From: Bacteroidota bacterium
GTDB lineage: Bacteria; Bacteroidota; Ignavibacteria; SZUA-365
NCBI GenBank assembly: GCA_023432805.1
Contig: JAEYUG010000033.1
Coordinates: 2,654 to 66,653, forward strand
DNA length: 64,000 nucleotides
Direction: 5' to 3'
A model generated the notes under the pieces. That model was not told where the DNA came from, ran no database searches, and worked only from the letters and a program-made list of their open reading frames with translations. Positions within the stretch are counted from its first letter, which is position 1, and every line of letters starts with the position of its first letter. This document shows, piece after piece, positions 32,276 through 41,431 of the stretch. Made by a program: the position numbers and the translations under genes.

Positions 32276-33916
32276 TCAGCGCAGCACGATGATGCGCGTG
32301 CGGGCCGAGCCCTGCCGGGTGAGGAGCCGTGCGACGTACATGCCGGCGGGCAGGCGCCCGGGGATCCATTGCACGGTGTGCGTGCCGGCGTCGCGCCATC
32401 CGGCCGACCATGACCATACACGTCGTCCACTGGTATCGTGCACGGCGATGTCGGCAGTGCCGGAGCGCGGCAGCGTGAATGCGAGCAGGGTGCTGGTTCG
32501 CACGGGATTAATGAGGGCCTGCAGCTCCGGCTCCTGCGGCAACGCTGGCGCCGACCCTGCCGACACCGTGCCGTAGTCGAAGGGTTCATCGACCATGTGG
32601 TACTGCGCCTCGCTCTGCCCGTTGTAATCCCGACGGAGGTAGGGGCACAGCAGGGGTGTCCGGGGTTGATCGGAAAGCTGGATGCGCTGTGGGACTCCCC
32701 CGTTCCAGTCGTACAACGGCACCTCGGCGGGATCGAACATGGGGAGGAGTCCGCGCTCATGCGCGATGTGGAAGAGCCCGAAATTCCCGGGTTCGTGCCC
32801 GGCGAGCCATGTGCCGATCACATCGACGAGGAAGGGATTGGTCCCGAACACCAGGATGTTGCTCATGAAATCCTGCGGCGTGTTTCCGGCACCGGGTCCG
32901 TGATTGAACCCGTCGCCATTGCGCCCGTAGATGCCCTCGATGACGTGAAGGCCGGGACGCATGACCGTGTGCGAATCGCAGGTGCGCTGCGCCCAGGTTT
33001 CCATGCCGTAACCGCCGGCAGCGTCGCGTCCCGGGCGATCCCAGCGCGGGATGCCTGCGGCCAGATGGCGTGCATACGCAGCGTCGATGCGCTGTTCGAA
33101 GTCCGTGTGGAAATCGAGGAGCACGCCGGCAGGATGCTTCCGCGTGTTGTCGACGCCTTCGCAAAACCGGACATACGGACTGACAACCGTTCCCTGCAGG
33201 TTCTTCGCGCAGAGGGTCATCCCCATGGAATGCGTTTTGAACTTGGCGACATTCAGCATCCACGTGTCGTCGTCATTGAACGGGGCGAGATATCCGATGC
33301 GTCGGAACACCTCGCCTGACGGCACATCCCGCCAGATCACTTCGGTACCGCTGACCAGGTCTGCGAGCTGCATGTCGTAGATCATCCGTCCGCTCGCGAA
33401 GTCGAACAGATGCATGCCGTGCTTTTGCGCGATGGCGTTCATCTTGACACCGGTCACGAGATACTCGCCGGCGCAATAGCCGTTCGCCATCCAGTTGCCC
33501 TCGCGCGCGAACATGTTGTAGCCGGGGAACCCGGTCTCGCGCATGCCTTCGAGCAGACCGTCGAGCACATCGAGATCGGTGACGATGCCCATGCCCGCAG
33601 GGGTATTGCCCGTCCCCGAGGTGCAGGTCAGATTCGGTTTCACCGTGATGGCGTTCGTGAAGGGAACGCCCTGCGTCTCGCTCGCGGTGAAGCACTCCCG
33701 CGCAAACGCAAGTCCCTCGGCCCGCTTCGCCGCCTCGTCGAGCTTGTCGGCGACAGCGGTTCGGCGTATGAAGACCGCTTCGGGATGTGCAGTGAGAAAG
33801 GGATGCGGAAGGATGTATGCGGGTGCTGCGGATCGGTGCGCGCGAAGCATCGATGGAAACAGCAGCGAGCCCGCAACGGCGGCGGGCACACCGGTCAGGA
33901 AGTCACGTCTGCGCAT
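32276..33916 (-). CDS. Tat-signal DUF362-like secreted protein with T9SS C-terminal sorting domain
   Basis: MRRRDFLTG twin-arginine motif; ITVKPNLTCTSGTG (DUF362-like); C-terminal AVHDTSGRRVW...PAGMYVARLLTRQGSARTRIIVLR CTD. Confidence 0.7.
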   Translation of the reverse strand: MRRRDFLTGVPAAVAGSLLFPSMLRAHRSAAPAYILPHPFLTAHPEAVFIRRTAVADKLDEAAKRAEGLAFARECFTASETQGVPFTNAITVKPNLTCTSGTGNTPAGMGIVTDLDVLDGLLEGMRETGFPGYNMFAREGNWMANGYCAGEYLVTGVKMNAIAQKHGMHLFDFASGRMIYDMQLADLVSGTEVIWRDVPSGEVFRRIGYLAPFNDDDTWMLNVAKFKTHSMGMTLCAKNLQGTVVSPYVRFCEGVDNTRKHPAGVLLDFHTDFEQRIDAAYARHLAAGIPRWDRPGRDAAGGYGMETWAQRTCDSHTVMRPGLHVIEGIYGRNGDGFNHGPGAGNTPQDFMSNILVFGTNPFLVDVIGTWLAGHEPGNFGLFHIAHERGLLPMFDPAEVPLYDWNGGVPQRIQLSDQPRTPLLCPYLRRDYNGQSEAQYHMVDEPFDYGTVSAGSAPALPQEPELQALINPVRTSTLLAFTLPRSGTADIAVHDTSGRRVWSWSAGWRDAGTHTVQWIPGRLPAGMYVARLLTRQGSARTRIIVLR

Positions 33917-34072
33917 GCACCTTCTCCAGCGAGATCGAAATTGCAGGATTGTGGATGCAAGCTACGGCACATGCAGGACAATTGCATCCGAAACGCTGAA
34001 ACTCCTTCCGGCGGCCTCCCATCAAAGCGGCGCCCCTATGCGGAAGTCCCCGGGTGGAACGATGCGAGGAAC

Positions 34073-34450
34073 TTACTTGACAAGCTCGCCCGATGCGGTG
34101 CGCAGGCGCACGAAGCCGCGCTGATGCAGCTGCCGGAAGAAGGCGGCGATGCGGTCATGCACGGGCTCGACCTCTTCGCCGTATTCGGTGCGCAGACGCT
34201 CGGCGATCACGCCCACGTCGGTCGCGCCGTCGATCGCGTTCCATACGTGCGAACCGAAGGCATCGAGCTTGATGCGGATGTAGGGGTACTTGCGCTTCGG
34301 GACAAGATGCTTCTGCATCCAAGGGATGTGGAAGCGGGGCATGTCGACTTCGACGATGCCCTCGTCGTTCGTCGCGGAAGTCCAGCAACGCTCGGGCACG
34401 AGCTCGAGCAGATTCAGGTCGGGACGCGGTGTGCGTGAAAAGAGAGGCAT
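34073..34450 (-). CDS. PqqD-family protein (RiPP recognition element-like peptide chaperone), standalone
   Basis: C-terminal ~60 aa GSHVWNAIDGATDVGVIAERLRTEYGEEVEPVHDRIAAFFRQLHQRGFV matches the PqqD/RRE pattern (w..lDGk.tv.ei...l..ey.....e...dv..fl..L...gll). Confidence 0.6.
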   Translation of the reverse strand: MPLFSRTPRPDLNLLELVPERCWTSATNDEGIVEVDMPRFHIPWMQKHLVPKRKYPYIRIKLDAFGSHVWNAIDGATDVGVIAERLRTEYGEEVEPVHDRIAAFFRQLHQRGFVRLRTASGELVK

Positions 34451-34510
34451 GGAAGACTCGGGACTATGAAACAGGCGGGTCGCCCCGCCTGTTTCGTTGC
34501 ATCGATGCTG

Positions 34511-36562
34511 TTACATCGCGCGCGGAGGCGCGGGATCGTTCGGATTGCCGGCATTGCTGGTCGGAACCTTCACGAGATACCAGCCGATGAAAAGGAAGAT
34601 CAGCAGGCTGGGGAGGAACGACAGCATGGAACCGTCTTGCGGGAAGATCGAAGGGACGTTCCACTCCATGACGGCCATGAAGGCGAAGAGCAGACCGATG
34701 AGTGCCTCGCCGGCGATGAGTCCCGCAGCGAGCAGCACACCGTTGTTCTCGACGCGGGCGGCCTGCGCCTCGTTGTACTGACGGCGCTTGACGACCTTGT
34801 CGGCGATACCGCGAATCACACCGCCGATGAAGATTGCGAACGAGGTTTCGAGCGGCAGGTACATGCCCACGCACACGAGCATGGGACTCTTGACTCGGAC
34901 GAGGATGAACCCGATCGCCATGAGAATGCCGACGATGATCAGCGGCCAGGCCATGTCGCCGCCGACAATGCCCTTCGAGAGAATCGCCATGAGGCTTGCC
35001 TGGGGAGCCGGATATTGCTGACCGCCGAGACCGGTCCCGCCTGCATTGATGTCGCCTTGGTGGAGAATCCACAGCGGGAAGAACATCACGCCTGCCGAGA
35101 TGATGACGCCAAGGAAATCTCCGACCTGCATCTTCCACGGCGTACCGCCGAGAATGTGCCCGACCTTGAGATCCTGCAGCATTTCACCGGCCACGGCCGC
35201 GGCGACGCAGATGACTGCGGCCACGCCGAGCACGGCCGCCACACCCGACATGCCCTTGACACCGAGCGCCACCATGAGGATGGCAGCGATGATGAGCGTC
35301 GAAATGGTCAGGCCGGAAATGGGGTTGTTGCTCGAGCCGATGAGACCGACCAGGTAGCCCGACACCGCGGCGAAGAAGAAGCCCGCGATGATCATCACCA
35401 CGGTCGCGGTCAACGATGCGGTGAGGTTGCCACCGGGATGCTCGGGCGATACGGTGAAGTACATGTAGATCACGAAGGTCGCGATCGAGGCGAGCACGAG
35501 ACCGATGAACACCCACTTGAAGGGAAGGTCCTTCTCCGTGCGGTCTTCGGCAACGCCGCCCGAGGCTGCCTTGCTGATGTCACGCACCGCGCGGCCGATG
35601 CCGGTCGCGAGGCTCTTGCGCATCTTGTAGAGCGTGAAGGCCGCGCTCATGAGCATGCCACCGATGGCGATGGGACGCACGATGTCCTTCCAGACCTGTA
35701 CGGCCATGCCGATCATGTTCGGTTCCTTGCCGGCGTTCTCGGGAATCGCGAAGAACGCGTCGAGGAGCTCGGGACCCAGAAAATACAGGAGCAGGGGCAC
35801 GAAGAGTCCCCACGCCAGCAGACCACCCGTGAAGTTCAGCGCGGCAAGCTCGGGTCCGATGATGTAGCCGACGCCCATGTACGCGGGCGAGACGCCCGGC
35901 GTCGAGATGAGCGCACCGCCGCCGGCCTGCACCGTTCCGTGCGAACCGAGGCCCAGCGACTTCTTCGCAAACTCGATGAACACTTCGCCCTTCGATGCGA
36001 AGAGCTTGAACTCCTTGAAAAACTGGACGGCGGCGCCGATGATCATTGCGACGAAGAGGAACTTCGCGCCGCTCTGGCCGCCCTGCCCTGCCTTGTGGAT
36101 TTCCGAGGCAGCGACTGATTCCGGGAAGGGAAGCTCGCGATCCTCGACCATGACGCGGCGCAGGATCGTGACGAAGAGGATACCGATGAAACCGCCGACG
36201 AGCATGATTGCCGTGGCTTCCAGATAATGACTGAGTGTGAGGAACTCGCCCTCCCACACGCCCGAAATCATGAACGCGGGAATGGTGAAGATGGCGCCGG
36301 CCGCGATCGACTCACCGATGGAACCGACGGTACGGGTGATGTTCTCTTCGAGAATCGTGCCCTTCATGAGCTTGAGCAGCGCCATGCCGATCACTGCCGC
36401 CGGATAGGTGGCTGCAATCGTCATGCCCGCCTTCAGGCCGAGGTAGGCGTTCGCCGCTCCGAGGATCACCGAGAGAACCAGACCGATGATCAGGGCACGA
36501 AGGGTGAACTCCTTCATGTCCATGGTGACCGGAACGTATGGAACGTGTTTGTGCTCTGCCAT
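34511..36562 (-). CDS. OPT-family oligopeptide transporter
   Basis: MAEHKHVPYVPVTMDMKEFTLRALIIGLVLSVILGAANAYLGLKAGMT... typical OPT N-terminus, ~16 TM. Confidence 0.9.
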   Translation of the reverse strand: MAEHKHVPYVPVTMDMKEFTLRALIIGLVLSVILGAANAYLGLKAGMTIAATYPAAVIGMALLKLMKGTILEENITRTVGSIGESIAAGAIFTIPAFMISGVWEGEFLTLSHYLEATAIMLVGGFIGILFVTILRRVMVEDRELPFPESVAASEIHKAGQGGQSGAKFLFVAMIIGAAVQFFKEFKLFASKGEVFIEFAKKSLGLGSHGTVQAGGGALISTPGVSPAYMGVGYIIGPELAALNFTGGLLAWGLFVPLLLYFLGPELLDAFFAIPENAGKEPNMIGMAVQVWKDIVRPIAIGGMLMSAAFTLYKMRKSLATGIGRAVRDISKAASGGVAEDRTEKDLPFKWVFIGLVLASIATFVIYMYFTVSPEHPGGNLTASLTATVVMIIAGFFFAAVSGYLVGLIGSSNNPISGLTISTLIIAAILMVALGVKGMSGVAAVLGVAAVICVAAAVAGEMLQDLKVGHILGGTPWKMQVGDFLGVIISAGVMFFPLWILHQGDINAGGTGLGGQQYPAPQASLMAILSKGIVGGDMAWPLIIVGILMAIGFILVRVKSPMLVCVGMYLPLETSFAIFIGGVIRGIADKVVKRRQYNEAQAARVENNGVLLAAGLIAGEALIGLLFAFMAVMEWNVPSIFPQDGSMLSFLPSLLIFLFIGWYLVKVPTSNAGNPNDPAPPRAM

Positions 36563-36694
36563 GCAGGTCTCCTGATGGTATGAACGATGGATGGATGTAC
36601 GGGTGTTGGTGGCGTATTCCCTCACGGGGAGGGAATCGCAAAAAATAGAACGACAGGTCCGAAAATACAACTCGGAATCGGGATGCCGCAGGTC

Positions 36695-37390
36695 CTAGAC
36701 CATCGCCCCGACGAATCCGTTGAGTGCCGCGAGCGTGCGCTCGACCGCGGTCCGCACGCGCGGTGCATTCGCGTCCGTGACGAGCGTGGCGAGGATGTCG
36801 CGCCCAACCTGTCGATGCACAAGATCCGCCTCCATGTGCACGGTGAAGAACTTGAGCGCGTCGCCGTCGGTCACACCATAATGCGTGCGCAACGCATTGA
36901 GCTCGCACTGCGCGACCTCGGGAATCTGCGCCTCATAGGCGTAGAGCGATGCGAGACCCTCTGCCACGCTTCCCTCCCGCGCGATCGCCAGCATGCCGTC
37001 GACCAGCGTCACCGTCTCGGCGCAGAGCGCGGCGCCGATCACGTCTTCGCGCGCAAGCCCGAGCGCGTCGGTGAAACGCAGCCAGAGCTCGGGATGATGC
37101 TCCTCCCCACGCTCCTCCTCGACGAGATTCTCGAGCAGTTCCTGGCGGATGGCGATGTCTTCACAATTGGCGTGGATAGCGCTGATGTAACGGGGGAAGA
37201 CGTCCACATGCCGGTAGTACTCGCGGGCGTACCGCATCAGCGACGGGCGGGGAAGCCTCCCTGCCGCCAGCTCGATGTAGAAGGGCTGCGCGAGCAGATG
37301 CCGCGCGGCGATCATGGCGTCGATGGTTGCGACATGCGCCGACAGCGCGTGTCCTTCATGGAGTCGTGTCCCGGTTTCCATCGCGCTCAC
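36695..37390 (-). CDS. PqqC/TenA/CADD-like haem-oxygenase-fold protein (iron-containing redox enzyme family)
   Basis: 231 aa; QPFYIELAAGRLPRPSLMRYAREYYRHVDVFPRYISAIHANCEDIAIRQELLENLVEEE parallels the PqqC/CADD N-terminal helices. Confidence 0.65.
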   Translation of the reverse strand: MSAMETGTRLHEGHALSAHVATIDAMIAARHLLAQPFYIELAAGRLPRPSLMRYAREYYRHVDVFPRYISAIHANCEDIAIRQELLENLVEEERGEEHHPELWLRFTDALGLAREDVIGAALCAETVTLVDGMLAIAREGSVAEGLASLYAYEAQIPEVAQCELNALRTHYGVTDGDALKFFTVHMEADLVHRQVGRDILATLVTDANAPRVRTAVERTLAALNGFVGAMV

Positions 37391-38130
37391 TTCTTCTTCG
37401 CACGTGGTGCCTTCGCACCCGGCGTCGCAGGTTCGGCAGACGGCTTCCCTACCGGAGCGGGCGGCGTGCCCCCCGCATCGGACGGCGCGCCGAGGTCCGC
37501 AGGAATCCGATCCGCATCCCCACCTCCCGAGGTGGATCCATCGGGATTCGTGTGCTCGACTGGCCGTCCCTCATCGGGATGGTGCTCTCCCTGCGCATCC
37601 TGTGGCGGTGTCTGATCGGGCGGGGCCGGCGCGGGAAGGGTCGAGGGATCGAGGATGCCGAGCAGATCGGCCTCGAGCGAGCGGGCGGGAGATTCGACGA
37701 TGCGGCCGAGTTCGGTGTCGCCGCGCAGCACGATGATGGTCGGAACGAGGGTGATGCCCCAGCGGTGCTCTTCGCCTTCGGGACTCCGCTTACTGCGGTC
37801 CACGCCATACAACGTCAGCAGGGAGGGATCAACGCGTAGAAGTTGAAGGAGGCGGAGCAGGCGGGGAACTTCACGCCGGCTGTCGGAACACCAGGTGCCC
37901 AGCACGCACACCATGCGCACACCCTCGAGTTTCGGGGGAAGCTGTGCGGCAACGGCCATGTTCGGCATCCATGTCATGAACTCCTCCCCGAACCAGCCGG
38001 GAAGATCGAGCAGCTGCTCGAGGGTGAGGGGACCGGTCAGCGCACGCTCGGACCCACCCTGCGCGATGGCTCGCGAGCCGGACAGAGCAAGCGCGACAAC
38101 GCACGCAACGAAAGCGAATGATCGTATCAT
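37387..38130 (-). CDS. Secreted thioredoxin-fold protein (TlpA-like, single Cys in WCSDS) with Pro-rich C-terminal tail
   Basis: Signal peptide MIRSFAFVACVVALALSGSRAIAQ; VCVLGTWCSDSRREVP. Confidence 0.65.
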   Translation of the reverse strand: MIRSFAFVACVVALALSGSRAIAQGGSERALTGPLTLEQLLDLPGWFGEEFMTWMPNMAVAAQLPPKLEGVRMVCVLGTWCSDSRREVPRLLRLLQLLRVDPSLLTLYGVDRSKRSPEGEEHRWGITLVPTIIVLRGDTELGRIVESPARSLEADLLGILDPSTLPAPAPPDQTPPQDAQGEHHPDEGRPVEHTNPDGSTSGGGDADRIPADLGAPSDAGGTPPAPVGKPSAEPATPGAKAPRAKKK

Positions 38131-38144
38131 GGAACAGTGGCGGT

Positions 38145-39050
38145 TCAGTTGGAAGAGTTCTTGACCAGCCGGGCATCATGGGCCCAGCTGAGCTTTGTGC
38201 GCAGCATCTCGAAGTAGTCGGAGCCGACATCCTTGATCAGCCGCACGTCGCGCGCGCCGCGCTGTACGTGCAGGCTGACCACGTGCCGGGGCTGCGGCAG
38301 CACCTCGCCGTCAGTCATCACCATCACATCCCCCTCCTGCGCCGTCACGCGCAGTTCGACGATGCTGTCGCCGGGGATGATGATGGGCCGCGCGGTGAGC
38401 GTGTGCGCGGAGATGGGACTGATGATGATCACGTTCGAGGAGGGGACGACAATGGGTCCGCCGGTCGCCAGTGAATACGCCGTGCTTCCGGTCGGTGTCG
38501 CGAGAATCACCCCATCGGCCATGAGCGTGGCGAGGAAGTATCCATTCACCCACATGTCGATGGTCACGACGCGCGCGATGCCGCCCTTGCCGATGACGAT
38601 GTCGTTGAGTGCGGTCAGAGCCGCCTCCCCTCCCTCGATCGTGCCCGCGAGCGTCATGCGGTCCTCGATCCGGTAGCGTCCGGCAAGCAGATGCTCGAGC
38701 GCGGCGAGCACGTCGCCCGTGCGGATGTCGGCAAGGAACCCGAGCTTACCGAGGTTGACGCCGAGTATCGGCGTGCCGTGCGGGAGGGTTGTGCGAATGG
38801 CATTGAGGATGGTTCCGTCGCCACCGAAGGTGACGATCACGTCGCTTCCACGTGCGATGGTGTCGCGGTCAGCCACACGCCATGCGTCGCAGGCGGCTTC
38901 CGGGGGAAGCTGCCGGGCGACGTCGTCTTCGAGCAGCACCGTGGCGCCCTTCGCGCAGAGGAAGGCGAGCACCGTGCGCACGCATTCCACCATCCCCACC
39001 TTCTGGGTGTTGCCGTAGAGTCCGATGCGCGTGAGGGGTGCGGGACTCAT
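38145..39050 (-). CDS. nadK: NAD+ kinase
   Basis: GGDGT motif (VIVTFGGDGTILNA), NGYFLATLMADGVILATPTGSTAYSLATGGPIV. Confidence 0.9.
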   Translation of the reverse strand: MSPAPLTRIGLYGNTQKVGMVECVRTVLAFLCAKGATVLLEDDVARQLPPEAACDAWRVADRDTIARGSDVIVTFGGDGTILNAIRTTLPHGTPILGVNLGKLGFLADIRTGDVLAALEHLLAGRYRIEDRMTLAGTIEGGEAALTALNDIVIGKGGIARVVTIDMWVNGYFLATLMADGVILATPTGSTAYSLATGGPIVVPSSNVIIISPISAHTLTARPIIIPGDSIVELRVTAQEGDVMVMTDGEVLPQPRHVVSLHVQRGARDVRLIKDVGSDYFEMLRTKLSWAHDARLVKNSSN

Positions 39051-39292
39051 GCCGACACCATCTCGACACGGCGCAGACCGGGCACAGCGAGGAGGATGGC
39101 GCGCTCGACGCCTGCACGCAGGGTCATGATCGCAAGCGAGCATGTCGCGCAGGCGCCGAGGAAGCGGACTTCGACGATGCCGTCGGCGCTGACGGACACG
39201 AATTCGATGTCGCCGCCGTCGATCTGCAGGTGCGGGCGGACCTGGTCGAGGACCCCCCGGATGCGTCGTTCGTGCTGGACGAGATCGATCAT
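39047..39292 (-). CDS. NifU-like (Nfu) Fe-S cluster scaffold domain protein
   Basis: GGDIEFVSVSADGIVEVRFLGACATCSLAIMTL (CxxC). Confidence 0.8.
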   Translation of the reverse strand: MIDLVQHERRIRGVLDQVRPHLQIDGGDIEFVSVSADGIVEVRFLGACATCSLAIMTLRAGVERAILLAVPGLRRVEMVSA

Positions 39293-39307
39293 GTGCGTGG
39301 GGCCGGA

Positions 39308-40429
39308 TTACAGCGAGATGTCGATACGCGGTGCGCCGCTGGATGTGAGCAAGTTCTGGCTGATGCGTCCCGCGAGCGTGAGCGCAGTATCGTGAACGCT
39401 GCGTGCGACGGCGCCTTCGGGTTCGAGCACGACGATGGGCACACCCTTGTCGCCGCCCTCGCGGATGCGGCGCTCGATGGGGATTTCCCCGAGGAAGGGC
39501 ACGCCGAGTTCACCGGCTGCCTCGCGGCCGCCACCGTAGCTGAAGATTTCGTCGCGATGGCCGCAGTTCGAACAGATGTGGAAGCTCATGTTCTCGATGA
39601 TGCCGAGAATGGGAACGTTGACCTTCTCGAACATGCGCACGCCCTTACGGGCGTCGGCCAGGGAGATATCCTGCGGCGTGGTGACGATCACGCTGCCGGT
39701 CAGGGGCAGCATCTGCGAGAGTGTGAGCTGGATGTCGCCGGTGCCCGGAGGCATGTCGAAGAGCAGGTAGTCGAGTTCACCCCAGTCGACGTCGGTGAGG
39801 AACTGCTTGAGGGCACCGCTGGCCATGGGTCCCCGCCACACCACCGCCGTATCGGGGTCGATGAGGAAGCCGATGGACATGACCTTCACACCGTGGTTCT
39901 CGCAGGGAAGCAGGCGGGTCTTCCCGCCCTCGACATAGGCCGAGGGCTGCTCGGTGATGCCGAACATCATCGGGATACTGGGACCGTAGATGTCAGCATC
40001 GACGAGTCCCACCCGCGCTCCGTTCTGCGCGAGGGCGACGGCGAGGTTGACGGCGACGGTGCTCTTGCCCACGCCGCCCTTGCCGCTCGAGACGGCGATC
40101 GTGTTCCGGACGCCGGGCAGCAGCTGTGCGAGCTGGGCGCTCTGCTGCGAGGGGATGTCGTCGGTGTTGGTGATGCGGATGCTGCCGACCGCGGGCAGGT
40201 GCCTGCGCAGTGCAGTCTCGATCTCGGCGGTGAACGACGAGGCGATCGCACGCGAGGGCACGGGCATGGCGAGCGTGAGGCTCACGTCGCTGCCTGTGAT
40301 GGTGATGTCACGCAGCATGTTCGCCGTGACGGGGTCGATGGACATGTAGGGAGCCTGCACGACGCGGAGCGCGGTGCGGACATCATTGTCATTGAATGCG
40401 GCTGTATTGGACATGTGTATCCTGTGCAA
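39308..40429 (-). CDS. apbC: Mrp/ApbC Fe-S cluster carrier ATPase with N-terminal DUF59
   Basis: AVSSGKGGVGKSTVAVNLAVALA deviant Walker A; CxxC (CSNCGHRD); TTG start per ORF track. Confidence 0.9.
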   Translation of the reverse strand: MHRIHMSNTAAFNDNDVRTALRVVQAPYMSIDPVTANMLRDITITGSDVSLTLAMPVPSRAIASSFTAEIETALRRHLPAVGSIRITNTDDIPSQQSAQLAQLLPGVRNTIAVSSGKGGVGKSTVAVNLAVALAQNGARVGLVDADIYGPSIPMMFGITEQPSAYVEGGKTRLLPCENHGVKVMSIGFLIDPDTAVVWRGPMASGALKQFLTDVDWGELDYLLFDMPPGTGDIQLTLSQMLPLTGSVIVTTPQDISLADARKGVRMFEKVNVPILGIIENMSFHICSNCGHRDEIFSYGGGREAAGELGVPFLGEIPIERRIREGGDKGVPIVVLEPEGAVARSVHDTALTLAGRISQNLLTSSGAPRIDISL

Positions 40430-40508
40430 TCGTGGAGGTGCTGTGTATCATTGAAAATTACTGCACCCCCCCATCCCGTACAACCCACCCCGGGAGGCCG
40501 GCTGCCCG

Positions 40509-40612
40509 CTGGGCGGACGGACGCCCTCGTCCGTCATGGGAGGACGGACGCCCTCGTCCGTCATGGGAGGACGGACGCCCCGCTGGGAGGACGGACGCCC
40601 TCGTCCGTCATT
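40509..40612. repeat. Tandem array of 4 REP-like units (27-bp period TGGGAGGACGGACGCCCTCGTCCGTCA; third copy truncated), preceded by CCCCCCATCCCGTACAA
   Basis: Seen directly; lies in the divergent region between mrp (-) and the SDR gene (+). Confidence 0.85.
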
Positions 40613-40627
40613 TGTGTATATTTGACG

Positions 40628-41431
40628 ATGCATGGTTCGGCCTTGATGAATTCGCGAATTCTCATTACCGGCGCGTCGGCGGGCATCGGCCGCGCCACGG
40701 CGCTCGCGTGTGCCGCAGCAGGTGCGCAGCCCGTTCTGGTGGCCCGCTCCGCTGATGCCCTCGATGCACTCGTCGCCGACATCACGCAACTGCACGGCAT
40801 CACCGCCGTGGCCCTCCCCTGCGACGTGCGCGACGTCGGGCGATTGCAGTCGCTGCTGCAGGAGGAGGACGACAGGGCCCCGATCGACCACATCGTCGCC
40901 AACGCCGGGGTGGGGATGTACGGTCCCTTTGCCACTGCGCAGTGGGCGCAGATCGACGACGTGCTGCGCACGAACATCGATGGTGCGCTCGCGCCCGTGC
41001 ATGCCCTGCTCGCCCGGATGCTCTCGCGCAGGCGCGGTTCGATCGTCTTCGTCTCTTCGGTACTCGGCAAGCGCGCACTCGCGTGGAATGCAGTGTACTC
41101 GGCCAGCAAGCATGCGCTGCACGGACTGGCCGACGCGCTGCGTCTCGAGGTTTCCACGCACGGCATCCATGTCGGCGTGGTGTGTCCCGGACGCACGCGA
41201 ACGCAGTTCCAGACGCGCATGCACACGAGCGCCGCCCCGTCGCGCCGTCGTGCCGTTCCGGAGGCTTCCCCCGGGGAGGTGGCGGCGGCAATCGTCGGCT
41301 GCATCACGCGCCGCCGGCGTGAAGTGGTGGTTCCCTATTCCTCACTTGCCTATACGCTCGTCGGTGTGCATGTTCCCCGGCTGGCGGATATTCTTCTTTC
41401 ACGAGCCGTTCCCCGACCTCATGGCCATTAA
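40628..41431 (+). CDS. Short-chain dehydrogenase/reductase (SDR) family oxidoreductase
   Basis: ILITGASAGIGRATA ... NAGVG ... YSASKHAL. Confidence 0.85.
   Translation: MHGSALMNSRILITGASAGIGRATALACAAAGAQPVLVARSADALDALVADITQLHGITAVALPCDVRDVGRLQSLLQEEDDRAPIDHIVANAGVGMYGPFATAQWAQIDDVLRTNIDGALAPVHALLARMLSRRRGSIVFVSSVLGKRALAWNAVYSASKHALHGLADALRLEVSTHGIHVGVVCPGRTRTQFQTRMHTSAAPSRRRAVPEASPGEVAAAIVGCITRRRREVVVPYSSLAYTLVGVHVPRLADILLSRAVPRPHGH

Noticed and set aside
36615-36650. Hairpin ATTCCCTC-acgg-GAGGGAAT between the PqqC-like and OPT genes as a terminator
   Set aside because: A-tract follows on the plus strand, and on the minus (coding) strand the T-tract precedes rather than follows the stem. It does not have intrinsic-terminator geometry for either strand, though a regulatory hairpin remains possible.
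34073-37390. Complete PQQ biosynthesis operon
   Set aside because: Only PqqD-like and PqqC-like folds are present, separated by an OPT transporter. There is no pqqA peptide, pqqB or pqqE radical-SAM gene adjacent, so this is not a canonical pqq cluster.
40509-40612. Possible CRISPR array
   Set aside because: Units are contiguous with no spacers (27-bp period), no cas genes are nearby, and the unit is the same palindromic element found singly elsewhere.
40396-40755. ORFs translating the REP arrays as WEDGRPRPS repeats (40396..40755, 14811..15029, 22527..22910)
   Set aside because: The repeats are nucleotide-level palindromic elements in intergenic regions; the peptide repeats are translation artefacts.
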